Both the position numbers and the translations under genes were made by a program. From positions 1,187 through 65,186 of the IMG/VR virus record IMGVR_UViG_3300015251_000001: a stretch of DNA of 64,000 bases. One strand, written 5' to 3'. Below, in pieces: positions 27,445 to 37,224 of this stretch. The notes below the pieces were generated by a model. That model searched no databases and had not been told where the DNA came from. It worked only from the letters and a program-made list of their open reading frames with translations. Position 1 is the first letter of the stretch; every line of letters starts with the position of its first letter. Source of the stretch: a virus.

Positions 27445-28587
27445 ATGGCTGATACCCCAGTTGATCCGGGCCCTGGTTCTTTGACGCTCACCGGATCCTC
27501 GCCCGGCGTGGTGATGAATACCCCGGTCGTTCCAGGATCCGGATCCCTGGGGCTGACTGGAAGCGCTCCGTCTCTGACCCAGGGGCCACACGTTCGATTG
27601 GAGGTGGGGTTTATCGCCCTGGCCGGGCCGGCGCCCACGGTCACGCGCCTGGCTGGGTTCATCGAGCTGGGCACGGGCGCCATTGCCTTGGTGGGCGCAC
27701 CACCCACCGTGGCCGTTTCGAACGCGCCATTCCCCGGGGCCGGCATTCTGACCCTGGCCGGGTTGCTGCCCACTCTGATCCAAACCACGCTTGGTGATCC
27801 GCTACCGGGAATCCTGTCCCTGGTCGGATCAGCGCCAACAATCACAAGCTCGATCAACGGCCTGGTTCTGCCGGGCGCCGGCATCCTGACGCTGACCGGC
27901 CCAGCGCCGGGGATCTCCGTGACCTCGGGCGCACGGTTTGTCGATCCCGGCCCCGGGGTGCTTCAGATTCTGGGCTTCATCCCGAGAATTACGCAGTCAG
28001 CCAATGGGGTGATTCCTGGCACCCCCCAGGACTACTCCAGCCTGATCACGAGCGAGCATCGGGACAAGCCCAGATTCAAGGCAGTGGTGGAGCTTCTCGT
28101 TTCCGGCCTTACGGATGGGATGCGAGCGTTGCTATCTATGCCGGTCCTGTACCAGTTCGACAATGCCCTGGGGGAGCAACTGGATAGGGTAGGGGCGTGG
28201 GTTGGGTTGACCCGGTTCGTTCTGGTTCCATCCCTGGGGACGGTGGAACTCTCGGACGCTGACTATCGACTGCTTCTGATCAGCAAGATTGCAGCAAACC
28301 ACTTCGACGGATCTTTCGAGCAGTACCAACAGATCCTTTCCAGTTTGTTCGTGGGCTACGGCTTCCAGATGATTGCCGTGGACAATCAGGACATGAGCCT
28401 TGACATTTACGTCACGGGGGCAACGCCAACCCCGTTGCAGTTGGCGTTGATGCAAGGTGGGCACCTGCCGCCTAAGCCAGAAGGGGTAAGAATTAATTCA
28501 GTGACCGTGGTTGGAGCCAACCCGGTATTCGGGACGGACCAAGATAACTCGATCATTTCCGGCCCGGATGTCGGTGCCTTCTTCTAA
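27445..28587 (+). CDS. Baseplate wedge (DUF2612-like) with N-terminal repeat region
   Basis: C-terminal YSSLITSEH.DKPRF...GEQLD.VG.WVG...DNQDMS; N-terminal half has 8 PGxGxLxLxGxxP-like repeats. Confidence 0.8.
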   Translation: MADTPVDPGPGSLTLTGSSPGVVMNTPVVPGSGSLGLTGSAPSLTQGPHVRLEVGFIALAGPAPTVTRLAGFIELGTGAIALVGAPPTVAVSNAPFPGAGILTLAGLLPTLIQTTLGDPLPGILSLVGSAPTITSSINGLVLPGAGILTLTGPAPGISVTSGARFVDPGPGVLQILGFIPRITQSANGVIPGTPQDYSSLITSEHRDKPRFKAVVELLVSGLTDGMRALLSMPVLYQFDNALGEQLDRVGAWVGLTRFVLVPSLGTVELSDADYRLLLISKIAANHFDGSFEQYQQILSSLFVGYGFQMIAVDNQDMSLDIYVTGATPTPLQLALMQGGHLPPKPEGVRINSVTVVGANPVFGTDQDNSIISGPDVGAFF

Positions 28588-28605
28588 CCTACAAAGGAGC
28601 TACAC

Positions 28606-29199
28606 GTGGCTGCAAACCAATTCGTCCCATTCGGGCTTTCCCCGGGCTCCGGCTATGTCCTGAGCCCGGTGGCCTGGGCTGCTTCGAGCGTCAGAACCAC
28701 TGGGTATGGCCCAGGCCTCTTGCTCAAGGAAAACCTAAACACGGCCATGCGGCAATCGTCCAGTATCTCGACGATGATCGCAAATTTCATCGCTGACAAT
28801 CAGGCCGCCGACGTCCAGGATGACGGGGACCTGGTCACGCTTCTGGCGCAATTCACGGCGGCACTGGCCTCGGGGCCGAGCTCCGGGATCGTAGTGACCA
28901 TGTCCGGCACCAGTGGGCAGATTAAATTCCCTGGCGGCATCGGGCTCACTATCAAGTTTGGCACCACCCCGCTTTACGGAATCGACAGTGTGAATGTCTT
29001 CACTTTCCCGGCGTTGGGCGCCGTGCCGGGGGCCTTTCCATCGACGTGCCTTGGCGCGCTGATCACGGCAAGCAGCGCGCTGGGCGTAACCCTCGGATCA
29101 AACTACAGCGCCGGGGCGAGCACATATACCCCGTCCGGGTTCACAGTGGCGAACGATGCGGGGTCCAGCACCTTTTTCTACATCGCGATTGGATTTTAA
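28606..29199 (+). CDS. Short tail fibre/baseplate protein (gp53-like C-terminus)
   Basis: N-terminal LNTAMRQSS.I..MIANFI baseplate anchor; C-terminal IKFG...TFP..FP..C...FYIAIG. Confidence 0.7.
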   Translation: MAANQFVPFGLSPGSGYVLSPVAWAASSVRTTGYGPGLLLKENLNTAMRQSSSISTMIANFIADNQAADVQDDGDLVTLLAQFTAALASGPSSGIVVTMSGTSGQIKFPGGIGLTIKFGTTPLYGIDSVNVFTFPALGAVPGAFPSTCLGALITASSALGVTLGSNYSAGASTYTPSGFTVANDAGSSTFFYIAIGF

Positions 29200-29201
29200 T
29201 C

Positions 29202-29549
29202 ATGAGGGACGATCAACAATTAGAACGTCTCCTAGAGGTTGCCACGGTTGCCAGTCTTGGGGGGCTTCTGCTTGGCGTTGCCAAGATCATCATTCACGAG
29301 AAGTATGGCACCGCCGTTCGATTTTTCCGTGGGGCTGTGAGTTCTGTGACCGTGGCTGTGCTTGCCGCTTTTGCTCTTGCTGATTCGGGGCTTAGTTTGC
29401 TCCAGCAGTGGGCTCTGATCGGTTTGCTGTCCTACGTTGCAGATGATGTGCTGAATGGCTTTCTCATCCTTGGTAAGCTGTTCGCTCACAATCCTATTTC
29501 ATTTCTCAAGGATCTTTGGTCATCACTTAGGGGCGGGGGGAAGTCATGA
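29202..29549 (+). CDS. Putative holin
   Basis: 115 aa, three hydrophobic segments, charged C-terminus. Confidence 0.55.
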   Translation: MRDDQQLERLLEVATVASLGGLLLGVAKIIIHEKYGTAVRFFRGAVSSVTVAVLAAFALADSGLSLLQQWALIGLLSYVADDVLNGFLILGKLFAHNPISFLKDLWSSLRGGGKS

Positions 29550-29914
29550 GTATTTCATGGGACGATTTGTCAGTGATTGTAACAATTGGGACGGCCCTGA
29601 TTCTAAATCTTGCGTGTCACAACGACCCAATGATTGTCGAGTCCATTATTAAGACCGCTGGGCGCAGGTTGATCATGACGGCCCAGGCCTTGCTCGTTTT
29701 CCGGATTGGTCAGGTCGTCATTGAGTATGGGGGCTCCTCCATGAGTAAACCGATTCTTTTCACCCTGCTGTTATGGGGTCTTGGCTCGATCATGAGCAGC
29801 ATTGACCACATTGCAAAGAGATGGGGCAGGGATATCAGCGAACTCCTGAAACCATCAACCAATTACGAGAGAAGGAGTCATCCACGAGAAAGCACTAAAC
29901 ACACAACCCCGTGA
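29546..29914 (+). CDS. Membrane protein (lysis-associated?)
   Basis: Three hydrophobic segments, basic tail, ATGA overlap. Confidence 0.5.
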   Translation: MSISWDDLSVIVTIGTALILNLACHNDPMIVESIIKTAGRRLIMTAQALLVFRIGQVVIEYGGSSMSKPILFTLLLWGLGSIMSSIDHIAKRWGRDISELLKPSTNYERRSHPRESTKHTTP

Positions 29915-29948
29915 CTAGTTCCGATCAATCAAGACCCAAAGGAAATTT

Positions 29949-30311
29949 ATGCTCAGAAAACTTGCCACAGCCCTGCTGCTCATTCTGGCGATGGGTGGCT
30001 TTCTCGCCGTAGTCCCCGGTTGTGGGGCGCTGGGCGTGCCGGCTCCGGAAAGCGCGCAGGAGCGGATCATCGTGACCATGAGCACCGTGACGGGCGTTCG
30101 TGAAGCCACGTTGACCCTGCTGACTGCCAAGAAGATCACAGCGGAGGATGCCCAGAACGTGCAACGACAGGCAGACAACGTCCGGGCAGGCGTCGTGATT
30201 GCACAGTCCATGCTGGCCACTGATCCGGCTGGTGCGGATGCCAAGATCCAACAAATTCAGGCAATGCTGATTGCCTTGCAGGCCTATCTGGCCACGAAGG
30301 AGAAGAACTGA
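29949..30311 (+). CDS. Predicted lipoprotein
   Basis: Basic N-terminus, hydrophobic core, VPG-C lipobox-like site at Cys25, helical body. Confidence 0.6.
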   Translation: MLRKLATALLLILAMGGFLAVVPGCGALGVPAPESAQERIIVTMSTVTGVREATLTLLTAKKITAEDAQNVQRQADNVRAGVVIAQSMLATDPAGADAKIQQIQAMLIALQAYLATKEKN

Positions 30312-30559
30312 TGAGCACGAACAACGCCACCACCCTGATAACCCTGGTCTTGGGTCTGATCGACCAAGCGGCAGCCGCGAGCGCTCTGCTTACCAAGACC
30401 CGCGCAGAAGGACGGCAGCCCACCGAGGAGGAAATGCAAGCCTTCTTCACGGCCGATGATCAGGCCCGGTCTTCGCTTCAAACGGCCATCGATCAGGCCA
30501 AGGCGGAGGATCTGCCCGGCGCCGTGATGCAGAAGGGGCCGATCTGGGGCAATCTGTAA
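30311..30559 (+). CDS. Hypothetical protein
   Basis: Stop/start overlap with the lipoprotein gene. Confidence 0.55.
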   Translation: MSTNNATTLITLVLGLIDQAAAASALLTKTRAEGRQPTEEEMQAFFTADDQARSSLQTAIDQAKAEDLPGAVMQKGPIWGNL

Positions 30560-30590
30560 ACTCCGGCCTTTCTAGTTGATGCCATGATGG

Positions 30591-30621
30591 ACCAACGGCC
30601 GCTTTGCGCGGCCGTTTTCGG
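30591..30621. terminator. Terminator between convergent late and replication modules
   Basis: AACGGCCGC-tttgc-GCGGCCGTT-tt. Confidence 0.7.
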
Positions 30622-30650
30622 TCTTGGTAGATCCGGCCGGGAGGCCCGAT

Positions 30651-31244
30651 CTACTTCGTTGGCAAGTCTGGATGTGGGCCCGTAAGGCCCTGCCATTCCA
30701 AGCCATCGAGACGCCCGCTGAATTCCTGCCACTTGCGCGTGTTGATCTCCGCGGAATCCAATTCCTCGCCCACCTCCACGGCCCACGAGAAGCTCTGCAG
30801 CCTTGCTGACCACCACCGACGCGTGGTCGGCAGCTTCCGTGCCTCCCGCTCTTGTCGCTCCCTGTCGCTCATTTTGAAGCGCACGTTGTACCAGCCTTCC
30901 CGGACGGGGAGATCCGATTCAGCATCGATGCTGATCCACGCCGTGAGCCCGATGAAGGAAGGGATGTCCAGTTCCAATTGTTTCTCCGCCATTTTGGTTG
31001 CTCCAAGTAGTTGTTCCTTAACGGCTAGGGCATGCTCACAGATAGCCTGCCACTCGTCCGCTGCTTTCTGTCGGGTCCCGTCGGATCCTAACCCGCCAAT
31101 GGAATAGCCACAAAACTTGCAGCGGGCCTCCCATGTCCTGGTGCCCAGGTAGCGGTCCTTGTTTGGGTAAAGCAACACCCCGCCCAGAACGTCACAGTTG
31201 GGGCACCAGAGCCAGAGCGAATACCCGTCCGAGGTGCTGCTCAT
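30651..31244 (-). CDS. Hypothetical protein with N-terminal zinc-ribbon (Lar-like)
   Basis: CPNC...CKFC...AADEW. Confidence 0.5.
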   Translation of the reverse strand: MSSTSDGYSLWLWCPNCDVLGGVLLYPNKDRYLGTRTWEARCKFCGYSIGGLGSDGTRQKAADEWQAICEHALAVKEQLLGATKMAEKQLELDIPSFIGLTAWISIDAESDLPVREGWYNVRFKMSDRERQEREARKLPTTRRWWSARLQSFSWAVEVGEELDSAEINTRKWQEFSGRLDGLEWQGLTGPHPDLPTK

Positions 31245-31637
31245 TTAGACGGCCTCCTGATCCCGGAGTTGTGATGGTGCATCAGGTGTTGCCAATCCGG
31301 ATATCCATGTTCCTGCGCAACCCGGTTCAGGGCCTGGGCCTGGGTGCAGTTCCTTTCCTGTTTGTCCCGCCAGGCCATTGCCTTCATCCGAGAAATCTGC
31401 CTCGGTGAGAAATTCGGGGGATTCTGCGTTGCGATCGTAGTCCCGCCAGACCTGGAGCTTTGCGATGTACGCATAGGCCTTCTTGCCTTTGTAGATGTGG
31501 TGAAGCGCCGATGCTCTGGGGATGCCCATGCCGGCTACGATTTGCGAAAGCCGGCACCCAAGGCTTCTCCAAAGCAGCAAAGCTTCCAGCTCATACCAGG
31601 CTACGGGCTGGTTCCGGGTTCCAATGGGTCGGGGCAT
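31245..31637 (-). CDS. Hypothetical, possible HTH protein
   Basis: LSQIVAGMGIPRASALHH resembles an HTH; overlaps an alternative small ORF at 31241-31474. Confidence 0.35.
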   Translation of the reverse strand: MPRPIGTRNQPVAWYELEALLLWRSLGCRLSQIVAGMGIPRASALHHIYKGKKAYAYIAKLQVWRDYDRNAESPEFLTEADFSDEGNGLAGQTGKELHPGPGPEPGCAGTWISGLATPDAPSQLRDQEAV

Positions 31638-31666
31638 GGCAGTCCTTAGGCTGATGGGTGACCAAT

Positions 31667-33541
31667 CTATACCGTGGATTGAACAACTCTCGATCCCCGA
31701 TCATCCTTGATGATCGTCACGGTCCCGGCAAAACCCCCATAACCCAGGGCCCGATGATCCACCACCCAGATGGCCCGGCGCTCCCGATGCGCTCGTTCAT
31801 TCAGGGCGCCAAGAAGATCGGTGATCCCTTCCTCGCTCAGGCCCTCCGTGGGCTCATCCCAAACTTCCAATGGCATATCGCAGCCGGTGCGAGCGCGGAT
31901 CAGGTTGGACAGCCCGCACTGGGCAGCAATCCTTAGCCGCTGCGATTCACCGCCGCTCCAGGACTCCCACGGTACCCGTTCTTCGTTGTCGGGAGAAAGA
32001 ACGCTGACCGTGAAGCCTCGGGACATGGTGCCCTTTTTGGTTTCTGCATCGACGGCAAAGCGAAGCTCCCAGTCTACGAGCCCGAGGGCCATAAGCTCGC
32101 TGTTGACCTCGATTTCCAGCTCGTCCAAGGCTTCGCTGATCAACTGTAGCCTGACCTCCTTGAAGCCCCGGACCCAGAAATTGTAAAGCGCGTGCCTTTC
32201 GTGGCTCTGATTCAGCCGACCTTGCACTTGCTCGAATTCCTCACGAACCTGATTCAAACGCTGCCCCCGTTCCTGCATCATGGCTTGGAAGGGGTTCTTT
32301 GCCCCTTCCAAGCGCGCCGCTTCGTCCTCCAGGGAGTCTAGACGCTTCTCCTCCGTTTGATGCGCTATGCGGGCGCTGCGCAGTTTCTCAGATGCCTGGG
32401 AGCTCCGGTCGATGACCTTTTGATGCTCTGCATCTAAGCGCTTCAAATCGTCTTCGGCCTCGTCCAGGGCTTGACGGAGGGCCTTCTCGAAGCCCTGCGC
32501 CTGGCGCAGCTCCGCGCCGATCTTTTCAAGGCAGCCCCCAGCCTCCTCCTCAAGCCGGGTCTGGTCGGATCGGCCAGGCTTCACCCCGCAGGTCGGGCAT
32601 CCCTCCCGGTCAAGGATCCGTTCGTAGTGCTCTGTGGCGTGCGTCAAATCCCGGGAAAGCCCAAGGACCTTGTCCTCAGAATGGCGCAGCTTCTTCAGTG
32701 CAGCTTCCCTGCGATCAAAGGCAGCATCGCGCTTTTCCACCAAACCTTTGGACTCCGAGAAGGCTCGGGCTTCGGACTCGTCCGCATCCTCGAGACTCTG
32801 CTTTGCAGCCTTGGCCAGGCGCATTATCTTTGCGTGCTCCAGGGTGATCTGCGCCAGTTTGTCATGGCGCTCCCCCTCGAATGCATCCGCCTCCGTGCGC
32901 AGGTCTTTGAAGTCAGCGGCCTCAAGCCTCCCCTTCAATTCAGCCTGTTCGCTTTCCAGCCGTCGGGTGGTTCGATCCTGATCACTGGCCCTGGTGCTGG
33001 CCGTGGACGAATAGTCCAACCAGCGATCCAGCCCCATCACGGAGGAGAACAGCTGTGCCTTTGGCTCCGGCTTCAGGTCCAGGAACATCTCGCCCCGCTG
33101 CGCCATGTAGATCGACTGCAAGAAGGGCTCGAAGGTCAGCTTGAGCATGGCCAGCAGCGGGTTGGTGTCGTCCTTGGTCAGATCCACCGGCGTGGCATCG
33201 AAGATGTTGGCCAGGGTCCAGGTGTTGGGTCTCCAGGTCTTGACCAATGCAAAATGGTTCCCGGTTTCGCTCCGGAAGCAGAGCCGGACCTCGGTCCCCT
33301 TCTTCATCCCCCACGAGCCTACATCCCCAGCTTTGAGCCCGTTGGCAGTCTTGCCCCAGAGCACCCAGCACAGAGCCTTCCAGATTGTTGACTTGCCGGC
33401 TCCGTTGGCCCCCAATCTAGGCTCCTGGCGGTTCTCCCCCCGCATGAAGTAGAGCCCTGGCTCCTTCGGAAATTTGAAGCGCTGCTGGGTGCGAAAGCTG
33501 CCGAAATTTTCAATGATCAGCTCTGTGGGGGTGATACTCAT
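31667..33541 (-). CDS. sbcC: SbcC/Rad50/gp46-like ATPase
   Basis: Walker A GANGAGKS, coiled coil with CPTC hook, signature WSGGE, Walker B VWDEP. Confidence 0.93.
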   Translation of the reverse strand: MSITPTELIIENFGSFRTQQRFKFPKEPGLYFMRGENRQEPRLGANGAGKSTIWKALCWVLWGKTANGLKAGDVGSWGMKKGTEVRLCFRSETGNHFALVKTWRPNTWTLANIFDATPVDLTKDDTNPLLAMLKLTFEPFLQSIYMAQRGEMFLDLKPEPKAQLFSSVMGLDRWLDYSSTASTRASDQDRTTRRLESEQAELKGRLEAADFKDLRTEADAFEGERHDKLAQITLEHAKIMRLAKAAKQSLEDADESEARAFSESKGLVEKRDAAFDRREAALKKLRHSEDKVLGLSRDLTHATEHYERILDREGCPTCGVKPGRSDQTRLEEEAGGCLEKIGAELRQAQGFEKALRQALDEAEDDLKRLDAEHQKVIDRSSQASEKLRSARIAHQTEEKRLDSLEDEAARLEGAKNPFQAMMQERGQRLNQVREEFEQVQGRLNQSHERHALYNFWVRGFKEVRLQLISEALDELEIEVNSELMALGLVDWELRFAVDAETKKGTMSRGFTVSVLSPDNEERVPWESWSGGESQRLRIAAQCGLSNLIRARTGCDMPLEVWDEPTEGLSEEGITDLLGALNERAHRERRAIWVVDHRALGYGGFAGTVTIIKDDRGSRVVQSTV

Positions 33542-34539
33542 TTTTCAACAATCTCCAAGCCCAGGTCAAGAACCTCGCCCCACAGCTCCTGTGAGGCTGC
33601 GAAGCGCAGCACGGCATCCGATGGGGTGGAGGACCTGGAGCGCTGTTTGTCAAGGGTCAGACTGGCCGTCGAGCGGGCACTAACCAGCTTTACCCCATGA
33701 AGCTGCGCCCCCTGATCCCGAACCCACGCCACTGCCTCCCGTCGGATTCGGTTCCACTGGTGCGCATCGGATTCTTCGAGCTCGATGGTCAGCTTGACCT
33801 GATCCTCCTTGCCAAGATCGTAGCGCTTCAGGGCTGCCAGTGATCCCACCTTGATCGTCCTGCGGCTGATCGTTTCGAAGTGAAGGTCATAGGCCTTGCG
33901 CTTCTTATCGATCACCAGGCACCGGGGCTTGAAATTATCCCCGAAGTGGACGTGATATGGGCTTCCCACGTATTCAATCTTCCCGATCACCTGTGGGACG
34001 TGGATGTCCCCGGAGTAGACCTTGCCGGCATTTAAATCTGGCATCTCATCCCCGTCCATCTTCTGCCCATTGCTTGCCACTGATCCGGGTGCCGTCTGGT
34101 GCATGAACAGAAAGTCGAAGTGGCTGAAATCCCGATCCTTCCAGTCCCGCGCCGGGTTCTTGGTGTAGGGAAGGAACATGCAGGCCGGATCCGACTCCGG
34201 CCCCAATATCTCGGTCGGCTCCGTGATGACCCGAATCCTGGACCCTTGGATGCATTGCAAGAATTTGAAGAACACGCCCCCCTGCTTCAACCAGTCGTGA
34301 TTGCCTGCGAGGATGATGACTTGCTCGACTGGCACGCCAACGATCGCAGCCGTGAGCCGATTGACCAGCTCCGCGGGGTGGTAGTCCTTGGCATCCGTAA
34401 GGTCCCCAAGGATCAGTAACGTTTTGGCCCCCTCCTCCCTAATCTCGTGGGTGAGCCACGGCCATAAGCCCCAGCGGTACTCGTCGTTGGGGCTCGCCGT
34501 GAAGTGGGGGTCACTGATGATGATGGCGGGGAGTTTCAT
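33538..34539 (-). CDS. sbcD: SbcD/Mre11/gp47-like nuclease
   Basis: SDPH, GDLTD, GNHD, H, GDIH metallophosphoesterase motifs. Confidence 0.93.
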   Translation of the reverse strand: MKLPAIIISDPHFTASPNDEYRWGLWPWLTHEIREEGAKTLLILGDLTDAKDYHPAELVNRLTAAIVGVPVEQVIILAGNHDWLKQGGVFFKFLQCIQGSRIRVITEPTEILGPESDPACMFLPYTKNPARDWKDRDFSHFDFLFMHQTAPGSVASNGQKMDGDEMPDLNAGKVYSGDIHVPQVIGKIEYVGSPYHVHFGDNFKPRCLVIDKKRKAYDLHFETISRRTIKVGSLAALKRYDLGKEDQVKLTIELEESDAHQWNRIRREAVAWVRDQGAQLHGVKLVSARSTASLTLDKQRSRSSTPSDAVLRFAASQELWGEVLDLGLEIVEK

Positions 34540-35066
34540 GGCATTCTGATCCTTACTCGTTTGCGCATGTCCGGCGCTTTGGGGCCATCCCAGATCGTGC
34601 CTTTTGCCTGTGGGCTCATCACGTCCAGGGCGTAGTGGAGGATGGCCAGGGCATCGGCCTCGTTGTCGTCTTTCAGGTCCCAGAATCCCTTGCGGCGCAT
34701 GGCATCAATCATCAGTTCCTTGCCGGCATTGCCCTTGCCGGTAGCGTGCTTCTTGATGGTTGCCACCGGCACGCCCTGATACGGGATCTTCTCCACCTCG
34801 CACCACGACGTTAAGCTGGCCAGGAATCCCCCGTAGACATGCGCGGCAGTGGTCCCGGCGTGCCGGCGCACCTCCTCGAACATCACCAGGTCCATCCCAC
34901 CAGTCTGCCCATTGAGCTGGTCCAGCCAGTGTTTGAATTTCAGGTAGCGCATGCCGCCACCACCGAAACGGTCCTGTCCGAACTCGTTCATACCGCTTGT
35001 GATGTGTCCACCGGCTGAAGTAGCCCAACCGGTCTTTGAGCCGAGATCAAGTGCGAGGATTTTCAT
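34536..35066 (-). CDS. ruvC: RuvC-like Holliday junction resolvase
   Basis: ILALDLG..TGWA, FEEV, ATGKGNA.K, DNEADA. Confidence 0.88.
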   Translation of the reverse strand: MKILALDLGSKTGWATSAGGHITSGMNEFGQDRFGGGGMRYLKFKHWLDQLNGQTGGMDLVMFEEVRRHAGTTAAHVYGGFLASLTSWCEVEKIPYQGVPVATIKKHATGKGNAGKELMIDAMRRKGFWDLKDDNEADALAILHYALDVMSPQAKGTIWDGPKAPDMRKRVRIRMP

Positions 35067-35068
35067 GT

Positions 35069-35326
35069 TCAGCCTTTCACGGCCACAGGAACGATGCCGA
35101 ACCCACCCGGCATGGGCAAGGCCCCACGGTCATCCGGCTTCAGGGGATCCGTGGATGGTGCATCGTTGCCAGGCATCCTGGAGACGTTGCGCAGCAACAA
35201 TGCGCAGGGGCCACAACGCCAGCGCCGCACTACAGGCAAGAAGGACCAGCCCGCGGCCATGGCTGCATCCTCGGTAAGCACCGAGCGTTTACAGCTGTCG
35301 CTGCATGAGATGGGATCCAGGTTCAT
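35069..35326 (-). CDS. Hypothetical protein
   Basis: ATGA-coupled to the upstream ORF; fills the gap. Confidence 0.4.
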   Translation of the reverse strand: MNLDPISCSDSCKRSVLTEDAAMAAGWSFLPVVRRWRCGPCALLLRNVSRMPGNDAPSTDPLKPDDRGALPMPGGFGIVPVAVKG

Positions 35327-35607
35327 GTTGGGCTGCCCCCCGTCAGCTCGAAGGCGTCATCTTCGGATTTCCGCAATTGCTGCCATTCCTGGGTGCCGTG
35401 CGGAAGGACCTCCAGGTGTACCATATACTCCGGAGGCTGACCAGAGGGATCGACATCATGCCGGTATGTCCAGGTGCCGTCGATCTTGGACCGAATGATG
35501 TCTTTGTTGTGCACTGGCTTAATTTGATAATCCATTGTCTTCAGTTCCTCATCAGTTGGTTCGGGAAAAGGACCTACGCATTCCTCACAACTGCACCATT
35601 GGCCCAT
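35323..35607 (-). CDS. Hypothetical protein
   Basis: RBS AGGAG; operon position. Confidence 0.55.
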   Translation of the reverse strand: MGQWCSCEECVGPFPEPTDEELKTMDYQIKPVHNKDIIRSKIDGTWTYRHDVDPSGQPPEYMVHLEVLPHGTQEWQQLRKSEDDAFELTGGSPT

Positions 35608-35615
35608 GATCGCTC

Positions 35616-36158
35616 CTATTTACTACTGCTGTTAAAAACGTGATCGAGGTCCCATCCGGCTTTCAGCCTATAAGCAACGGTCTCCCTACTTATACCGGAA
35701 CAGGAGGCCCAGTCCTTTAGGCATTTCGTTTCCCCAAGATAGGTGATCCATCGGCTCTTTTTGCCGTCACTTTTTCTTTTCTTGGTTTCTTCAGTGTCCT
35801 GGGGCCTTGGGCCTCGCTCCTTGTTTGCTTGACTTATTTTGGCTCTGGTCTCTATGCTCCTTGTGATTCCCGTGAGTGCCCTTCTTATTGCTTCATTGTG
35901 CTCGACGCTGTTGGTTTTACCAGATCTGGCCGGACTAGATGCCAAGTAAAGGTTGTAGGGAGGGTTATGCTTGGCTATAGCCTTGAGCTCAGCCTGGCAC
36001 GCATCCTCGAGTCGCGAGTGCCTCTGTTGCATACCGAATACTGTATTTTTCTTGGTACGCCTTTCAAAGGCAGCCTTACGGCCTTTAGGGGAATGGCTCC
36101 TCCCAATGTAAAGGAGCTCCCCTGTGGCCGCGCACAGCAGGTAGTAAACAAAGTGCAT
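35616..36158 (-). CDS. GIY-YIG homing endonuclease
   Basis: VYYL...LYIGRS...R...AE..AI..HNPPYN, NUMOD-like ETRAKIS repeat; AT-richer than its neighbours. Confidence 0.8.
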   Translation of the reverse strand: MHFVYYLLCAATGELLYIGRSHSPKGRKAAFERRTKKNTVFGMQQRHSRLEDACQAELKAIAKHNPPYNLYLASSPARSGKTNSVEHNEAIRRALTGITRSIETRAKISQANKERGPRPQDTEETKKRKSDGKKSRWITYLGETKCLKDWASCSGISRETVAYRLKAGWDLDHVFNSSSK

Positions 36159-36161
36159 GGA

Positions 36162-37223
36162 TCACCCGCCGTACTTCCGACTCTGCGGAAGAAAGTCGGT
36201 TTCGATCTTGGCCCACTCCTGGCGGACCAGCTTGCGCAGGGCCTCGCGCATGTCTTTGGCTTCTTGCCCCCCTTTGTTGCGAATGTTCGTGATGCGGACC
36301 TTGTATCCGTTCTTCGAGAAGCCCAGCTCCTTCATTTGCTCATCCCGCTTCACCTCGAACGCCCATTCGGCCATGGCCAGGAGGTCGTCCACCCCATAGC
36401 CATACAGCACCGAGTAGTCCGCCTTGCGAAACGGAAGCCCGATCTTGTTTTTCTTCACGAAGGCTTGCACCTCCACGCCGACGATGCGCTCCACCTCCCC
36501 GATCTTCCGCTTGATCTTGGACTTCTCGGCAAGCCACATGATGTGGGTGGCGTAGTAGTCGAGGGCCTTGCCCCCGGAGCGGGTCTTGGTTTCGCCGAAA
36601 GTCACGCCGAGCTTGTCACGGAGCTGACTGATGACCATGAGGTGCACCCGCTGCTCCTCGATCCGTTCAACCAGCATACGGAAGAGCTTGCCAATGGCCT
36701 TGGGCTTGGTGCCGCCGAAGCTGCCCTCGTCGAACTCGCGATCCATTTCCGCCTCATCGCTCAGGGCGTCAAGGCTATCGATGATGTAGAGCCCAGGTTT
36801 CCCCTTCCAGGCCTCCAAGCAGCGGAGCAGATCGGTGTATAGGTCTTCGACCGTCCGCATCGGGTTCTTGCCGTTGAACTCGATGCGCTCCACCGGCGCC
36901 CCCATGGCCTGGGCGTACTTGACGTCGAAAGCGGATTCGGATTCCGCGTAGCGAATCATGCCGTCCGGGTAGGTCAATGCGAAATTGGCGCAGCTTTCCA
37001 TTGCAAGCAGCGTTTTCCCGGCGCTCTTGTCCCCGACAACATTGCTGACCCGGCCCAGCACCCAGCCCCCGCCTAGTGCCTCATCAATTAGGCCGCAGCC
37101 AGTGCTGAAAAACTCCATGTCCTTGTCGGCTCCGCTCGCAAAGTAAGAAGGGGCCGGGGCCCCTTCCACCTGGATACGTCGCCGACCATTGCCCTCTTCA
37201 GGCTGAATGGTCTTGCGGGTCAT
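36162..37223 (-). CDS. recA: RecA/UvsX-like recombinase
   Basis: Walker A GDKSAGKT, IIDSLDAL, ISQLRDK, GGKALDYYA, KNKIG.PFR. Confidence 0.93.
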   Translation of the reverse strand: MTRKTIQPEEGNGRRRIQVEGAPAPSYFASGADKDMEFFSTGCGLIDEALGGGWVLGRVSNVVGDKSAGKTLLAMESCANFALTYPDGMIRYAESESAFDVKYAQAMGAPVERIEFNGKNPMRTVEDLYTDLLRCLEAWKGKPGLYIIDSLDALSDEAEMDREFDEGSFGGTKPKAIGKLFRMLVERIEEQRVHLMVISQLRDKLGVTFGETKTRSGGKALDYYATHIMWLAEKSKIKRKIGEVERIVGVEVQAFVKKNKIGLPFRKADYSVLYGYGVDDLLAMAEWAFEVKRDEQMKELGFSKNGYKVRITNIRNKGGQEAKDMREALRKLVRQEWAKIETDFLPQSRKYGG

Positions 37224-37224
37224 A

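Noticed and set aside
25067-27783. Long antisense ORFs over baseplate genes (similar ones at 37207-38667 and 50800-52152)
   Set aside because: They are shadows of GC-rich sense genes, with no motifs or RBS.
31241-31474. Glyoxalase-superfamily-like small ORF (QALNRVAQEHGYPDWQHL)
   Set aside because: Almost fully overlaps 31245-31637 on the same strand; I cannot decide which is real, so it is not listed as a feature.
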